The notes under the pieces are model-generated. The model was not told the origin of the DNA. It worked only from the letters and a program-made list of their open reading frames with translations, and searched no databases. Below, piece after piece: positions 9,763-19,007 of a stretch of 64,000 nt of DNA. This DNA is from Limisphaerales bacterium (GTDB taxonomy: Bacteria; Verrucomicrobiota; Verrucomicrobiia; Limisphaerales; JAJOIW01), in assembly GCA_965657355.1 (NCBI GenBank), contig CBFHOE010000005.1:32001-96000 (forward strand), given 5' to 3'. Position numbers and translations under genes: made by a program. Positions within the stretch are counted from its first letter, which is position 1; the number at the start of each line of letters is the position of its first letter.

Positions 9763-10530
9763 CTAGTGATGAGGATCTAGAAGAGGCGACCACCAGCAAC
9801 GTTTTCGATTGCATGGAATTTTGCTACCGTCCAGCAATTGTACGCTACCATCAGCAAAGCCATAGTTAGCTTTGCCGTTATGCCTCAAAGCTCCTGGATC
9901 AAGTTGTTGTACTCGGTTAAATCCTGGTGCTTTGTCATCTCCGATGTCCTTCCAAATCCACCATCTATCATTTGGCCAGGCGCCTCTGTCACTATGACCA
10001 TCTCCAAAGAGGATGAGCTGTGAAGCAGCTTGGATCATGGATGTTTTCATCAAGTTATCTTCATATCGAAAACTTCTACCAAAAGGTGGCTGTGATCCGC
10101 CTCTGGTCCAATGCACATTGACAGCACCTATTCCACTAGGGATGCGAATTTCCCGTGAACCAAATCTACCAATCCATTCACGTTGTCCATTTGCATAAAC
10201 GTCTTTTTTCTCTTGTGGACAATCATAGACTTTGGCCTGTCTCCCAACGAGTTGAAAGAGGTATGGCCTCCAACTCGATTCGCCGCCAGTCTCTAAAGCA
10301 TCTTGCATAGGAGGATAAAACTGGTTGTTATCTTCGGCATACAATGAAGTTGCCAACACCAGTTGCTTAATGTTGTTTGCACAACTAACTCTTTTTGCTT
10401 TTCCCTTTGCTCCAGATAGAGCGGGCATCAACATCGAGGCAAGAACAGCAATTATAGCAATGACTACCAACAACTCAATGAGCGTAAAACCATTCTTAAA
10501 TAAATAATTACGTTTTAAATGGGTGTTCAT
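9763..10530 (-). CDS. Prepilin-type N-terminal cleavage/methylation protein with H-X9-DG motif (DUF1559-like)
   Basis: [22 protein letters not shown] at the N-terminus; [13 protein letters not shown] near the C-terminus. Confidence 0.92.
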   Translation of the reverse strand: MNTHLKRNYLFKNGFTLIELLVVIAIIAVLASMLMPALSGAKGKAKRVSCANNIKQLVLATSLYAEDNNQFYPPMQDALETGGESSWRPYLFQLVGRQAKVYDCPQEKKDVYANGQREWIGRFGSREIRIPSGIGAVNVHWTRGGSQPPFGRSFRYEDNLMKTSMIQAASQLILFGDGHSDRGAWPNDRWWIWKDIGDDKAPGFNRVQQLDPGALRHNGKANYGFADGSVQLLDGSKIPCNRKRCWWSPLLDPHH

Positions 10531-10533
10531 AAT

Positions 10534-12441
10534 TTATTCACTAATAGTAACTGGTGATCTATCTCGGTTGATCAGCATTTCTCTGGCAAGTGAGTGGTTT
10601 AATGTTCCCGAATCGTCAACAAGAACATTCGATCCCTCTGGTATGTCATTATTAAAAGTAATCTCCCAAATAGCTGCCGCTTGAGTGACTGCTTGCTGGA
10701 GGGATTCTTTATCACCGAGAAAATCAAATGCAAAATCTTCAAAACCAGTCTGAGTAGAAAGCGCTTTGTGGGTAATAAATCTAACAACACCGTATGTGTC
10801 TTTTAGATTTAGAGCAAGGAATGGAGCCAACCAACCACTTCCTGAAATCTTTTTCGCAGGTTGCCACCCCATATGCCATGCTGTGATGGCGCGTCTTTTT
10901 GCGTCACCATGCAGGATCCATCTTACAGCAGCTGAGACATCCTTGTATTGATGATCAAAACTTGTTTTTTCTAAGCCATAGTTTTCCGAGAGCTTTTGGA
11001 GGGTCCAATTAGAAGATTTGTCCAGGTGGCATAAATTGCATGCGTTTGGCACATCGTGTTTAGCTATGGACTTAATATTCGGGGATTGGATTTGGTGACT
11101 GCTGATTGCTCCAAACAAAGCGTAGGAATTCCGAGGCATGTGACAATTGACACAGCGACTACCTTCAGAAGTCGTTTCGTGTTTTGTGTGTTGAACAAGG
11201 CTGGTTGTAAACTCTGGTTCAGAATGACATTGGGTGCACATACTGTCACCGGTGATGTCCAAACGCATTTGGTCTACCTTGGTTCCACTATGCATAGTGT
11301 GACATGACATGCACGACATTTCCCCTTTGGTATAACAACCAGAAACGGACATAGCGGTATACTCTCTTCCACCAGCTAAAATCGATCCATCTTCCCACCA
11401 TCGTTCATCAAAGAATTTTTCGTTACTAATAAATTCTTCATGAGTTTTATCCAGCCCGACAGTCTCTGGGTGGAAAATATATTTCCTATAGTCAGCTAAC
11501 TTTTTTCCTGGCCGATATTGGATACCGTCGTATTTGAAGACGCCGGCATTTTTATTATTATCAATATAGACACCGTGGCATTGACCACAGACCTCACTGG
11601 ATCTTTTATGGTCAAGTTTTACAGGATTCACTATCTCTTTGCTCTTGTTACTTGAGGCATGATCAGCATATCTGTTGATGGGGTTGGAGTAGAAATTGAT
11701 GTGGTCTTCTGCTGGTCCATGGCATGCCTCACAGGAAATTCCAAACTCACCGACTTCAGAAACAAGTTCCCCTGCTCTTGTTGTTCCTGGTTTTTGCAGG
11801 CCAGGATTGCCTCCCGTACTATGGCATCGAATGCAGTGGTGATTCCATTGGGTTATAAACTGATGTTCATCACCTGGGGCCCTCATGAAGGCTTCTTCTC
11901 GTGGGATCCATTTTTTTTCATGCATCAGATAGACCAAAGGAAGTGTCTGCATCAGGGTGTCGTATCTTGGGCTTTCGACCCAATAGGTCTGATAATGATG
12001 GGAACCAGTGGCTAATACGACTTGTCTATCCACCATTGGAACCTGCGATTTATTGAGTTTCATCTTCTTCCCATACATCGCCATTACAATATCAGGGTCA
12101 GGCATTTTAACTCTGAATTGACTGTTGGATGTGTAAACGGAATAGGGCATTCCATGAGAATAAATTGTGCTGCCATCAAAGTTTCCATATATGTTCCCCG
12201 GCTGTGCTGCCTGAGTCATGGATCTATGAAATGAGTCGTGCCAGCTGGCATATTCATTGGGATGGCATGATTTGCAGGAATCTGAGGAAATATACCCGTT
12301 ATCTCGCCCGACTTTAGGGATGTGATTCATAAGTTCCTCCTGCTCATAAAATTCGGAGAGGTTTCGATCCCATTGGATGTAACTTCCATAACCAACCATC
12401 AGGACGAGAATGGAAATTGGAATAAGGAACTTGATACTCAT
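10534..12441 (-). CDS. Membrane-anchored or exported octaheme c-type cytochrome
   Basis: Eight CxxCH motifs: CKSCH, CIRCH, CEACH, CGQCH, CMSCH, CTQCH, CVNCH, CNLCH. Start moved to ATG 12441 (MSIKFLIPISILVLMV, hydrophobic) because the longer ORF overlaps a terminator. Confidence 0.88.
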   Translation of the reverse strand: MSIKFLIPISILVLMVGYGSYIQWDRNLSEFYEQEELMNHIPKVGRDNGYISSDSCKSCHPNEYASWHDSFHRSMTQAAQPGNIYGNFDGSTIYSHGMPYSVYTSNSQFRVKMPDPDIVMAMYGKKMKLNKSQVPMVDRQVVLATGSHHYQTYWVESPRYDTLMQTLPLVYLMHEKKWIPREEAFMRAPGDEHQFITQWNHHCIRCHSTGGNPGLQKPGTTRAGELVSEVGEFGISCEACHGPAEDHINFYSNPINRYADHASSNKSKEIVNPVKLDHKRSSEVCGQCHGVYIDNNKNAGVFKYDGIQYRPGKKLADYRKYIFHPETVGLDKTHEEFISNEKFFDERWWEDGSILAGGREYTAMSVSGCYTKGEMSCMSCHTMHSGTKVDQMRLDITGDSMCTQCHSEPEFTTSLVQHTKHETTSEGSRCVNCHMPRNSYALFGAISSHQIQSPNIKSIAKHDVPNACNLCHLDKSSNWTLQKLSENYGLEKTSFDHQYKDVSAAVRWILHGDAKRRAITAWHMGWQPAKKISGSGWLAPFLALNLKDTYGVVRFITHKALSTQTGFEDFAFDFLGDKESLQQAVTQAAAIWEITFNNDIPEGSNVLVDDSGTLNHSLAREMLINRDRSPVTISE

Positions 12442-12497
12442 AATTTGTCGAACTGTTCTAATTATACTACTTAAAACTTCGAATATGAGTCGAACCT

Positions 12498-12515
12498 GTG
12501 ACAGTTTCATGCAAA
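12498..12515 (-). promoter_or_regulatory. Pho-box-like repeat with a -10-like hexamer 10 bp downstream
   Basis: Minus strand TTTGCAT-GAAA-CTGTCAC, then 10 nt, then CATATT; upstream of the cytochrome-pilin operon. Confidence 0.45.
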
Positions 12516-12545
12516 CGATGCCAGCGACATAATAGCGTTCAAAAT

Positions 12546-12594
12546 AAAAAAATGGGCCATTTGATAGACACACGGAAAACTATCAAATGACCCA
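12546..12594 (-). terminator. Rho-independent terminator after the second giant repeat gene
   Basis: Minus strand TGGGTCATTTGATAG...CTATCAAATGGCCCA followed by a T run. Confidence 0.75.
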
Positions 12595-12635
12595 CCCAGG
12601 GGCTCCCCACTCAGGGAGTCTGTTCTGTGTTAATT

Positions 12636-15600
12636 TTATTGTCTGATGACTCGGTAGAATGCTTTATCGCTATCTACAGCCTCAGTGAATGATTTATCTG
12701 TTGTTGGAGTTCCAACATTTTCCCAAGAGCCAGATGTGAGCGAAGCACGTTTCTGGACCTGGAATGTTCCATCTTCCTGGTCAGCCCAACTGATGGTGAT
12801 ATTGGTTTGGTCAGTGCTTGCAACCAAGCTTCCTGGAGGAAGTGGAGTTGAATCACCTCCACCGAGACCAATGATTGCTGATGCATCTTCTTGGGATCTG
12901 AAGACAGCGCCTTCAGTGGATCCTTTGAGGGCTACATTATCTATGGCCCACCACCAGTCATTACCAGCGTCAAACATTTCAAATGTGATTTTCACATTGC
13001 TAGCTCCCTCTGGGTTGCCCAATGGAACAATGATGTGTTCATTTGTAGAGTTATCATCCTTGAAGAATGGACCATCACAAGATGTCCACAACAAGATCTG
13101 ACGACGCTCACCTCCATCGAATGAGACCCAAATACGTGCAGATTGTCGATAGTTACCATCACACTCTGGACGCCATGAAGAATCAAACTCAAGGACCATT
13201 CCGTTAGGAACGACATCATCACCTGAGATATCAACAGTAGGGGTATCTACAAGTGTGTTATACCAGCCGTTTTCAGCAGAAGGTGCGTGAGATGTATCAT
13301 CCCATTCGTCAGGGTCAGCGACGAGAACGACTCCTCCAGCATTGGTGAATTCAGTACGGCGCTGCCCGTCAGCAGCCTGCCAGAATTCTATGTCTGCAAA
13401 TGTCCAACCGGCCCATTCAGATACGCCGTCGGCATCTCCGAAGCCATCACCATCGGCGTCTGGCGAGTCAAAACCAGGAACACCGGAAGCATCAACTGGC
13501 CATCCTGGGAATTCACGAGTCCAGCCACCGATTTCTTCACTGATGTTTTCATCAACTGCAGGCATGGTTTCTGCTCCGTCGAAATCTTCGAAAAAGATTT
13601 CGTTGAGACCATCTGGAGATCCAGCGGAAAGGCCATTGAATACCCAGGCCTCTTCAACGTCTGCATAATTGATCCGGATCGAATGCCAGGATTCTGGAAC
13701 AATGAAGTCGGATATCTCGATAGTGACCAAAAAGCGGCCGCCTTGAAGATTTTCGATATTTAGCTTGGAGTTAGGTACTCCCTCACCATTGAGTTCAACG
13801 CTGATGCTTTCTGGATCTATTTCCTCGCCACCTTGATTGAGGAGAACGCCGATCAGGCCATCAGAGATGTAACTTGGATCGATTGGAGTAGGCAATGCAG
13901 CTTCAACGAATGGCTCAAATGCAGTATCAGCATTTTGATAAACCATAATAGCGTCATCATTGCCTGGCGCGTTGACGAGGACTCGCTCTCCAGTTGGAGT
14001 GACGGAATAGAATTCTATTCCGATAGAATCGGCGAATGAGCCACCCTGAAAATAAACAATTCTGATTGGGTAGACACCAGCTTGCTCGACAAAAACACCA
14101 AACTGCTCTTCGTGATAACCGGGTGTTGCTGGAGTTGATAGCCATTCGAATGACTGGAAGAGAGATGCTGGATTCGAACTAGATTCGTCAGCTCCTCCAA
14201 TAGTGATTCTTGCACCACCGGCAACATTTAAACCGAAGCGAGTGTATCCTTCTGGCAATTCAATGAATCCAGAGAGTTCAACGGCTGTGGTCGTGAGGTC
14301 AAGAGACTCACCTGTCCAACCTGGTAGTTCGATGAAATTATCAAAATCTTCAAAGAATCCACCAAGACTCACAATAGGTTGTTCGATGTCAACGCGTGGG
14401 ACACTGTCGATAACTTGATCAGCAGTATTCCATTCGAGATTATCGTAATTCTCATTGAATGTGAGTAGCCCAGCAAGCTGAGTTTCTGCACGCCCAATGG
14501 TGTTTGGGAATTGCATCAGTAATTCTGGATTAATGCCAACATCCTCGACAAGGCCGACTTCGCTGATCGCAAAATTGAACCCAGGATCAGAAGGATTCGA
14601 GACCGGGAATCCAACTTTCGGGTAATTCTCAACCATGTAATCAAGAGCGAGTGTTTTAGTGGTCTTGTTATCTCCTGAGCCATAAGAATACTCGAGGGTA
14701 GCGTTAACATTTTCACCAGGAGCAAACAGTTCTGATGGCGCCCATGTGATAGAGTATAACCCGGTCTCGTCGTCTTTAGTGATAGTAGGTTCGACTGCGC
14801 CAATTCCTTCTATGTTAAGAACGAAATCGTCTGGATTCAGAGACACAGCACCACCATCTCCGATTTGGAAAGCAAGGGCTCCATTTGGAGCAACGCCAGT
14901 GCTTCCTGCCACTGGAGATGAAGGAAGAACTGGAGGAAGAATATCCAGAGGATTATCAGGCCTCCATGCCTTGATTGCTTCAGGATGATCAGAGTTGATA
15001 AGGATTCTTTCGCCTCCAGATCCGACGTGCCACCACTCGAGGTTAGCGCCACCGCCACCTTCATACCAAATGAATCTGAATGGATAGAGTCCAGCTTCAG
15101 GAATCAGGATACTGAATGCAGTTGTTGCAGCACCTCGACCGCCTTCAAATTCTCCAGCAATCGGAGCATCAGGAGCACGGAAATTCGGGCCTGTAGTAAG
15201 CTTGAATCCATCATCTGAGTTGAAACCCATTTGAAAGTATCCGGGTCCTTCGAATTCAAGGAATGTGATACCCTCCATGGCAATACCATTATTTGTTGAA
15301 CCGACACCGGGAATAGGGCCGTTTTCTCCGACTTCACCAACACCAGTTGGAGCTTCAGGAGTTGCATCCTGGTCATAATTAATTACGTCTTCTTCTATAA
15401 TGTAGGTCTGCTGATCGCCGTATATGACAAAATCTTCATTTTCATAATCATATAAGAAAGGTTCTGCCAAGTTTTCAGCAGGCTCTCCATTTGGACGGAA
15501 CTGACCTCTGTTGAAGAGTTGATTTTCCGCGCGAGCGTGGTTGTTAGAAGTATTTATTTCGGTATTGATTTTGGTGAGAAGGAGGAACCCACGATTGTCT

Positions 15601-17333
15601 TTGTCGATATCAAATCTTTCAGGAACGTGTGGATCATCCACGGTGAAGGTCAATGTGCCTCCACCTGGAGTTCCAGAAAGGTCATCGAATCCGAGAACGA
15701 CGGATACCACTTCACCAAATGGGAAACTACTTTCCGGGTCGTGTGTGACAACAAGCTGTCCATCATCATTTGTTTCAGAGGTGATAGCTAGCTCAGTGTC
15801 GGGATCGCCTGCAGGTGAAAGGGAAAGAGTTTCTACATTAACACCTACAGTCCCTGGATCGATTACGAAGGCGATAGAAGTTGATGGATCAACACCAGAA
15901 TCTTCATCTCCAGGAATTGTATCAGCAATGGATGGGGGAACTTCATCGAGACCAAATAACGCCAGGTTATCGATCGCGAACCACCAGTTATTTCCGACAT
16001 TGATATAACCGAACTTGTAGCGCACAGTTTCAGCACCTGCCGGGAGAGCGGTCTTGAGGGCAATGGACTCGTAATTTTTGTCCGAAGGAGTATTCGCTCT
16101 GGTCCAAAGAAGAATTTCTGTCCATGTCTCACCCTTATCAAAAGAAACTTCGACATTTCCAGATTCCTGGCTACCATCAGCTGCATAAGAAGTATCAGCA
16201 GTTAGAACAATGGCAGCAGTTCCAAGTTCTGAGATGTCTATATCTGGGGTGGAGACATATGTTGTCTGATTTCCTTCAGCGCGTGGGGAGATATCGTCCC
16301 ACTCATCACCGTCAGCGATAAGAGCTGTTCCAGATCCAGCGGTGAATTGGGAACGTCCCTGGTCACCAGCTGTTTCGACCCACCAGTCTTTGTCAGCGAA
16401 ACTCCAACCAGCCCACTCAGTAACACCATCATTATCAGGGTCACCGGCTCCGGGAACGCCGGAGTCATCAATGGTCCAGCCTTCGGGGCCTGTTTTGCTC
16501 CAGACTTCTTCGCCTGAAACGCCTTCGTCAACGTTAGGACCAAGCTCGACGCTTTCAAAGTCTTCAGTCCAGAACGATTTGGATCCATGAACGAGAATAT
16601 TATCGATCGCAAACCACCAGTTATTTCCGACATTGATGTATCCGAATCGGAATTTTGCACTTGCTGCGTCTGCCGGTGTGTCAGTTACTCGAAGAGCAAC
16701 GCTTTCATAATTCTTATCTTGAGGAGTGTTGGCCCGGTTCCAAAGAAGGATTTGATTCCAGGTAGCCCCATCGTCGTATGAGACATCAACAGTTCCTGAT
16801 TCCTGACCTCCATCAGCAGCGTAAGAGCTGTCGAAAGTCAAAACAAGAGAACCTGGTAGAACACCAGTTATGTCAATAGCGGGGGTTGAGATATAAGTAG
16901 TTTGATTTCCTTCAGCGCGTGGGGAGATATCGTCCCACTCATCACCGTCGGCGATAAGAGCTGTTCCAGATCCAGCGGTGAATTGGGAACGTCCCTGGTC
17001 ACCGGCTGTTTCAACCCACCAGTCTATACTGGCGAAACTCCAACCAGCCCACTCAGTAACACCGTCATTATCAGGGTCACCGGCTCCGGGAACACCGGAG
17101 TCATCAATGGCCCAGCCTTCGGGGCCTGTTTTGCTCCAGACTTCTTCGCCTGAAACGCCTTCGTCGACACTGGCACCCAGTTCGACGCCTTCGAAATCTT
17201 CACTGAAGATCGTTGTGGAAAAATTGGAAGCTGTATCTTGAGCACTCGAAGGAGGTGCTGCAAAATTAGCCCCAATCGCTATGATTAGCCAAAGGAATAT
17301 CCCAGGGCCACTTGAGGTTAGAAGTTTATTCAT
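12636..17333 (-). CDS. Giant secreted repeat protein (~1565 aa): 3 copies of the same ~210-aa module, Ig-like domains, PA14-like domains, C-terminal FYR domain
   Basis: Probable start ATG 17333 (MNKLLTSSGPGIFLWLIIAIGANFAAPPSSA, signal-like). The GV(T/S)EWAGW module occurs 3 times. PA14-like segment FNSDDGFKL...WYEGGGGANLEW. Ends KAFYRVIRQ. Confidence 0.85.
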   Translation of the reverse strand: MNKLLTSSGPGIFLWLIIAIGANFAAPPSSAQDTASNFSTTIFSEDFEGVELGASVDEGVSGEEVWSKTGPEGWAIDDSGVPGAGDPDNDGVTEWAGWSFASIDWWVETAGDQGRSQFTAGSGTALIADGDEWDDISPRAEGNQTTYISTPAIDITGVLPGSLVLTFDSSYAADGGQESGTVDVSYDDGATWNQILLWNRANTPQDKNYESVALRVTDTPADAASAKFRFGYINVGNNWWFAIDNILVHGSKSFWTEDFESVELGPNVDEGVSGEEVWSKTGPEGWTIDDSGVPGAGDPDNDGVTEWAGWSFADKDWWVETAGDQGRSQFTAGSGTALIADGDEWDDISPRAEGNQTTYVSTPDIDISELGTAAIVLTADTSYAADGSQESGNVEVSFDKGETWTEILLWTRANTPSDKNYESIALKTALPAGAETVRYKFGYINVGNNWWFAIDNLALFGLDEVPPSIADTIPGDEDSGVDPSTSIAFVIDPGTVGVNVETLSLSPAGDPDTELAITSETNDDGQLVVTHDPESSFPFGEVVSVVLGFDDLSGTPGGGTLTFTVDDPHVPERFDIDKDNRGFLLLTKINTEINTSNNHARAENQLFNRGQFRPNGEPAENLAEPFLYDYENEDFVIYGDQQTYIIEEDVINYDQDATPEAPTGVGEVGENGPIPGVGSTNNGIAMEGITFLEFEGPGYFQMGFNSDDGFKLTTGPNFRAPDAPIAGEFEGGRGAATTAFSILIPEAGLYPFRFIWYEGGGGANLEWWHVGSGGERILINSDHPEAIKAWRPDNPLDILPPVLPSSPVAGSTGVAPNGALAFQIGDGGAVSLNPDDFVLNIEGIGAVEPTITKDDETGLYSITWAPSELFAPGENVNATLEYSYGSGDNKTTKTLALDYMVENYPKVGFPVSNPSDPGFNFAISEVGLVEDVGINPELLMQFPNTIGRAETQLAGLLTFNENYDNLEWNTADQVIDSVPRVDIEQPIVSLGGFFEDFDNFIELPGWTGESLDLTTTAVELSGFIELPEGYTRFGLNVAGGARITIGGADESSSNPASLFQSFEWLSTPATPGYHEEQFGVFVEQAGVYPIRIVYFQGGSFADSIGIEFYSVTPTGERVLVNAPGNDDAIMVYQNADTAFEPFVEAALPTPIDPSYISDGLIGVLLNQGGEEIDPESISVELNGEGVPNSKLNIENLQGGRFLVTIEISDFIVPESWHSIRINYADVEEAWVFNGLSAGSPDGLNEIFFEDFDGAETMPAVDENISEEIGGWTREFPGWPVDASGVPGFDSPDADGDGFGDADGVSEWAGWTFADIEFWQAADGQRRTEFTNAGGVVLVADPDEWDDTSHAPSAENGWYNTLVDTPTVDISGDDVVPNGMVLEFDSSWRPECDGNYRQSARIWVSFDGGERRQILLWTSCDGPFFKDDNSTNEHIIVPLGNPEGASNVKITFEMFDAGNDWWWAIDNVALKGSTEGAVFRSQEDASAIIGLGGGDSTPLPPGSLVASTDQTNITISWADQEDGTFQVQKRASLTSGSWENVGTPTTDKSFTEAVDSDKAFYRVIRQ
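16267..17166. repeat. Near-identical intragenic direct repeat (~260 bp, two copies 636 bp apart)
   Basis: 16267-16530 and 16903-17166 match apart from scattered substitutions, compared by eye. Confidence 0.9.
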
Positions 17334-17611
17334 ATAGTTTTTTGGGTTGTAATTAGGAATTTCTAAATTCAACAACTCAAGATGCCGGTATTTGATCGTC
17401 AAATTTATTGGGATTTTGTTACGAGTGTGAAAACACATCCTCGCTACCGATTGAACCAGGGAAATGGTTAAAATGAGTTAAAATGAAAAAAAATTTTATG
17501 TAAAAGGAGTTATTTAACGGCCAGGGGAGGCGCGCAATAAGACAAAATGATGACAAATGTAATAAATTTGAAAATAAAAAAACCAATTTGCTATTTTTCT
17601 GGCAACGACAT

Positions 17612-17637
17612 AAAAAACCCGGATTACATCCGGGTTT
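17612..17637 (-). terminator. Rho-independent terminator after the lipoprotein gene
   Basis: Minus strand AAACCCGGATGTAATCCGGG followed by TTTTTT. Confidence 0.75.
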
Positions 17638-17667
17638 GGCGACAAATAAAATCCATGAGCTGTGGGT

Positions 17668-18042
17668 CTATTTATAAAGCATGATATTCTTTTTAAGTCG
17701 TTTTGCGGCTTCGTCACCTTTAGCAGCCTGGTCGTCCAGTAGATTAGATATAGTCAGACTGGCCCGGGATGCTAGTATCCTAGACTTTTCGTCTAAGTCC
17801 GAACGGAATAAGACCTTATCTAATGCCTGGAAGGCGCCAATATAATTCTTATCTTGGTAGAACTTGATAACCTCATCAACCATGGGCTTTATTTCTGCAT
17901 CTGCGTCCGCAAATTGAGTTTGCAATTCACTGACAAGATTAGATGGATCTAATGGCTCGGGAGGGGGGGCATCCGTTTTGCCACAGCTAATGACGAATAC
18001 CAATGAGAGTATCAAGGTGAAGGTTGAGGTTAAATTCTTCAT
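17668..18042 (-). CDS. Small helical lipoprotein (pilin-cassette partner)
   Basis: Signal peptide with lipobox VISC; Pro-rich linker; directly downstream of a prepilin-like gene. Confidence 0.8.
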   Translation of the reverse strand: MKNLTSTFTLILSLVFVISCGKTDAPPPEPLDPSNLVSELQTQFADADAEIKPMVDEVIKFYQDKNYIGAFQALDKVLFRSDLDEKSRILASRASLTISNLLDDQAAKGDEAAKRLKKNIMLYK

Positions 18043-18077
18043 TTAATTGTAGACAGTTGATTTAGGTAAAGAGGTCC

Positions 18078-18908
18078 CTACCTTTCAGACGCGCGAAGGC
18101 CTCGGAATAGTTTATAACTGATTCCCTTGTCCCAACCGGAGAATTTGTAGGTTTCCGCATGACCGTCAACCATTAAGGAAACATTGTTATTATTGTGGCG
18201 ATACCACTCGTTCTCCATTTTGTAAGGAGCATAAAGTCCAGCGAGGCTGAATCTCCACTGCTCCAAAATGCTACTGCGTCCCGGAAAAAGCCCAATACTA
18301 TCTGATGGCCCTTCCATTTTTTGTTCAGCTGCGTCCTGGAAGAAAATTGTTTGGGCGGGCACATTAAAATTAGCCAACGCGGGAGACCGTTCCTGTGTCC
18401 CCCGATTAGGGCCAGTCGCCTTCCATGAAAGTTGACCATTTAAGCCATAAGAAGAATCTAACCAAAAATCAGCCGACCATCTCAGACCAGTTTCTCGCCA
18501 CTCATCGACTCTTTTAGCGGCAGGACAACGAAAGATTACTCTTTGTTTGCCTAAATATTGGAAATAAGCAACACCCCAGTAAGCACGATTATGTTCTGGA
18601 GGAAGGATAGCCCTGCTTTTTGGATTGATAAACCATTGCCCGTGATTTGGGAATGAGATATTTCCTCCGGAATCGAAGTGGTGAAACCGATCATTGTTAT
18701 CACTGGCATACTGCAAGGCGCCAAGATAAATTTGCCTCGAATTATTCATGCACTTGGCTTTTTTTGCAGATCCTTTGGCTCTGGTGAGCGCAGGCAACAG
18801 CATACTCGCCAATATTGCTATGATAGCAATCACCACAAGAAGCTCGATAAGGGTGAATGCTCCGAGTGCTCGATTTTTTGGGTTGTAATTATTGAAAGAA
18901 ATATTCAT
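18078..18908 (-). CDS. Prepilin-type N-terminal cleavage/methylation protein with H-X9-DG motif
   Basis: [26 protein letters not shown] at the N-terminus; [13 protein letters not shown] near the C-terminus. Confidence 0.92.
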   Translation of the reverse strand: MNISFNNYNPKNRALGAFTLIELLVVIAIIAILASMLLPALTRAKGSAKKAKCMNNSRQIYLGALQYASDNNDRFHHFDSGGNISFPNHGQWFINPKSRAILPPEHNRAYWGVAYFQYLGKQRVIFRCPAAKRVDEWRETGLRWSADFWLDSSYGLNGQLSWKATGPNRGTQERSPALANFNVPAQTIFFQDAAEQKMEGPSDSIGLFPGRSSILEQWRFSLAGLYAPYKMENEWYRHNNNNVSLMVDGHAETYKFSGWDKGISYKLFRGLRASER

Positions 18909-19007
18909 CCAACCGATTTATCTACTAGTAGTTCGTTACTCGAAAATTACAGTTATGTGAAAATTTAAATGCAAAAAGAAAATAAATAGAGTGATTTTTT
19001 TCAATTA

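Noticed and set aside
9763..12441. Conductive e-pilus or nanowire interpretation of pilin plus multiheme cytochrome
   Set aside because: The pilin-like protein is a 255-aa H-X9-DG type, not a short Geobacter-type PilA, and no porin-cytochrome conduit genes are present.
12442..12573. ORF-track N-terminal extensions (cytochrome 12573, repeat protein 17438, ankyrin protein 19742, ppdK 19757)
   Set aside because: Most overlap terminators or promoter-like sites, and downstream ATGs give proper signal peptides or family N-termini.
16267..17166. Near-identical repeats as a diversity-generating retroelement template/variable repeat pair
   Set aside because: No reverse transcriptase is in the window, both copies are coding, and the differences are mostly synonymous rather than adenine-specific.
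4690..17241. Recurrent plus-strand ORFs with similar sequences (e.g. ...PAHSVTPSLSGS...) at 4690, 5290, 6958, 13342, 16342 and 16978
   Set aside because: They are antisense shadows of the repeated module in the real minus-strand genes and have no independent coding signals.
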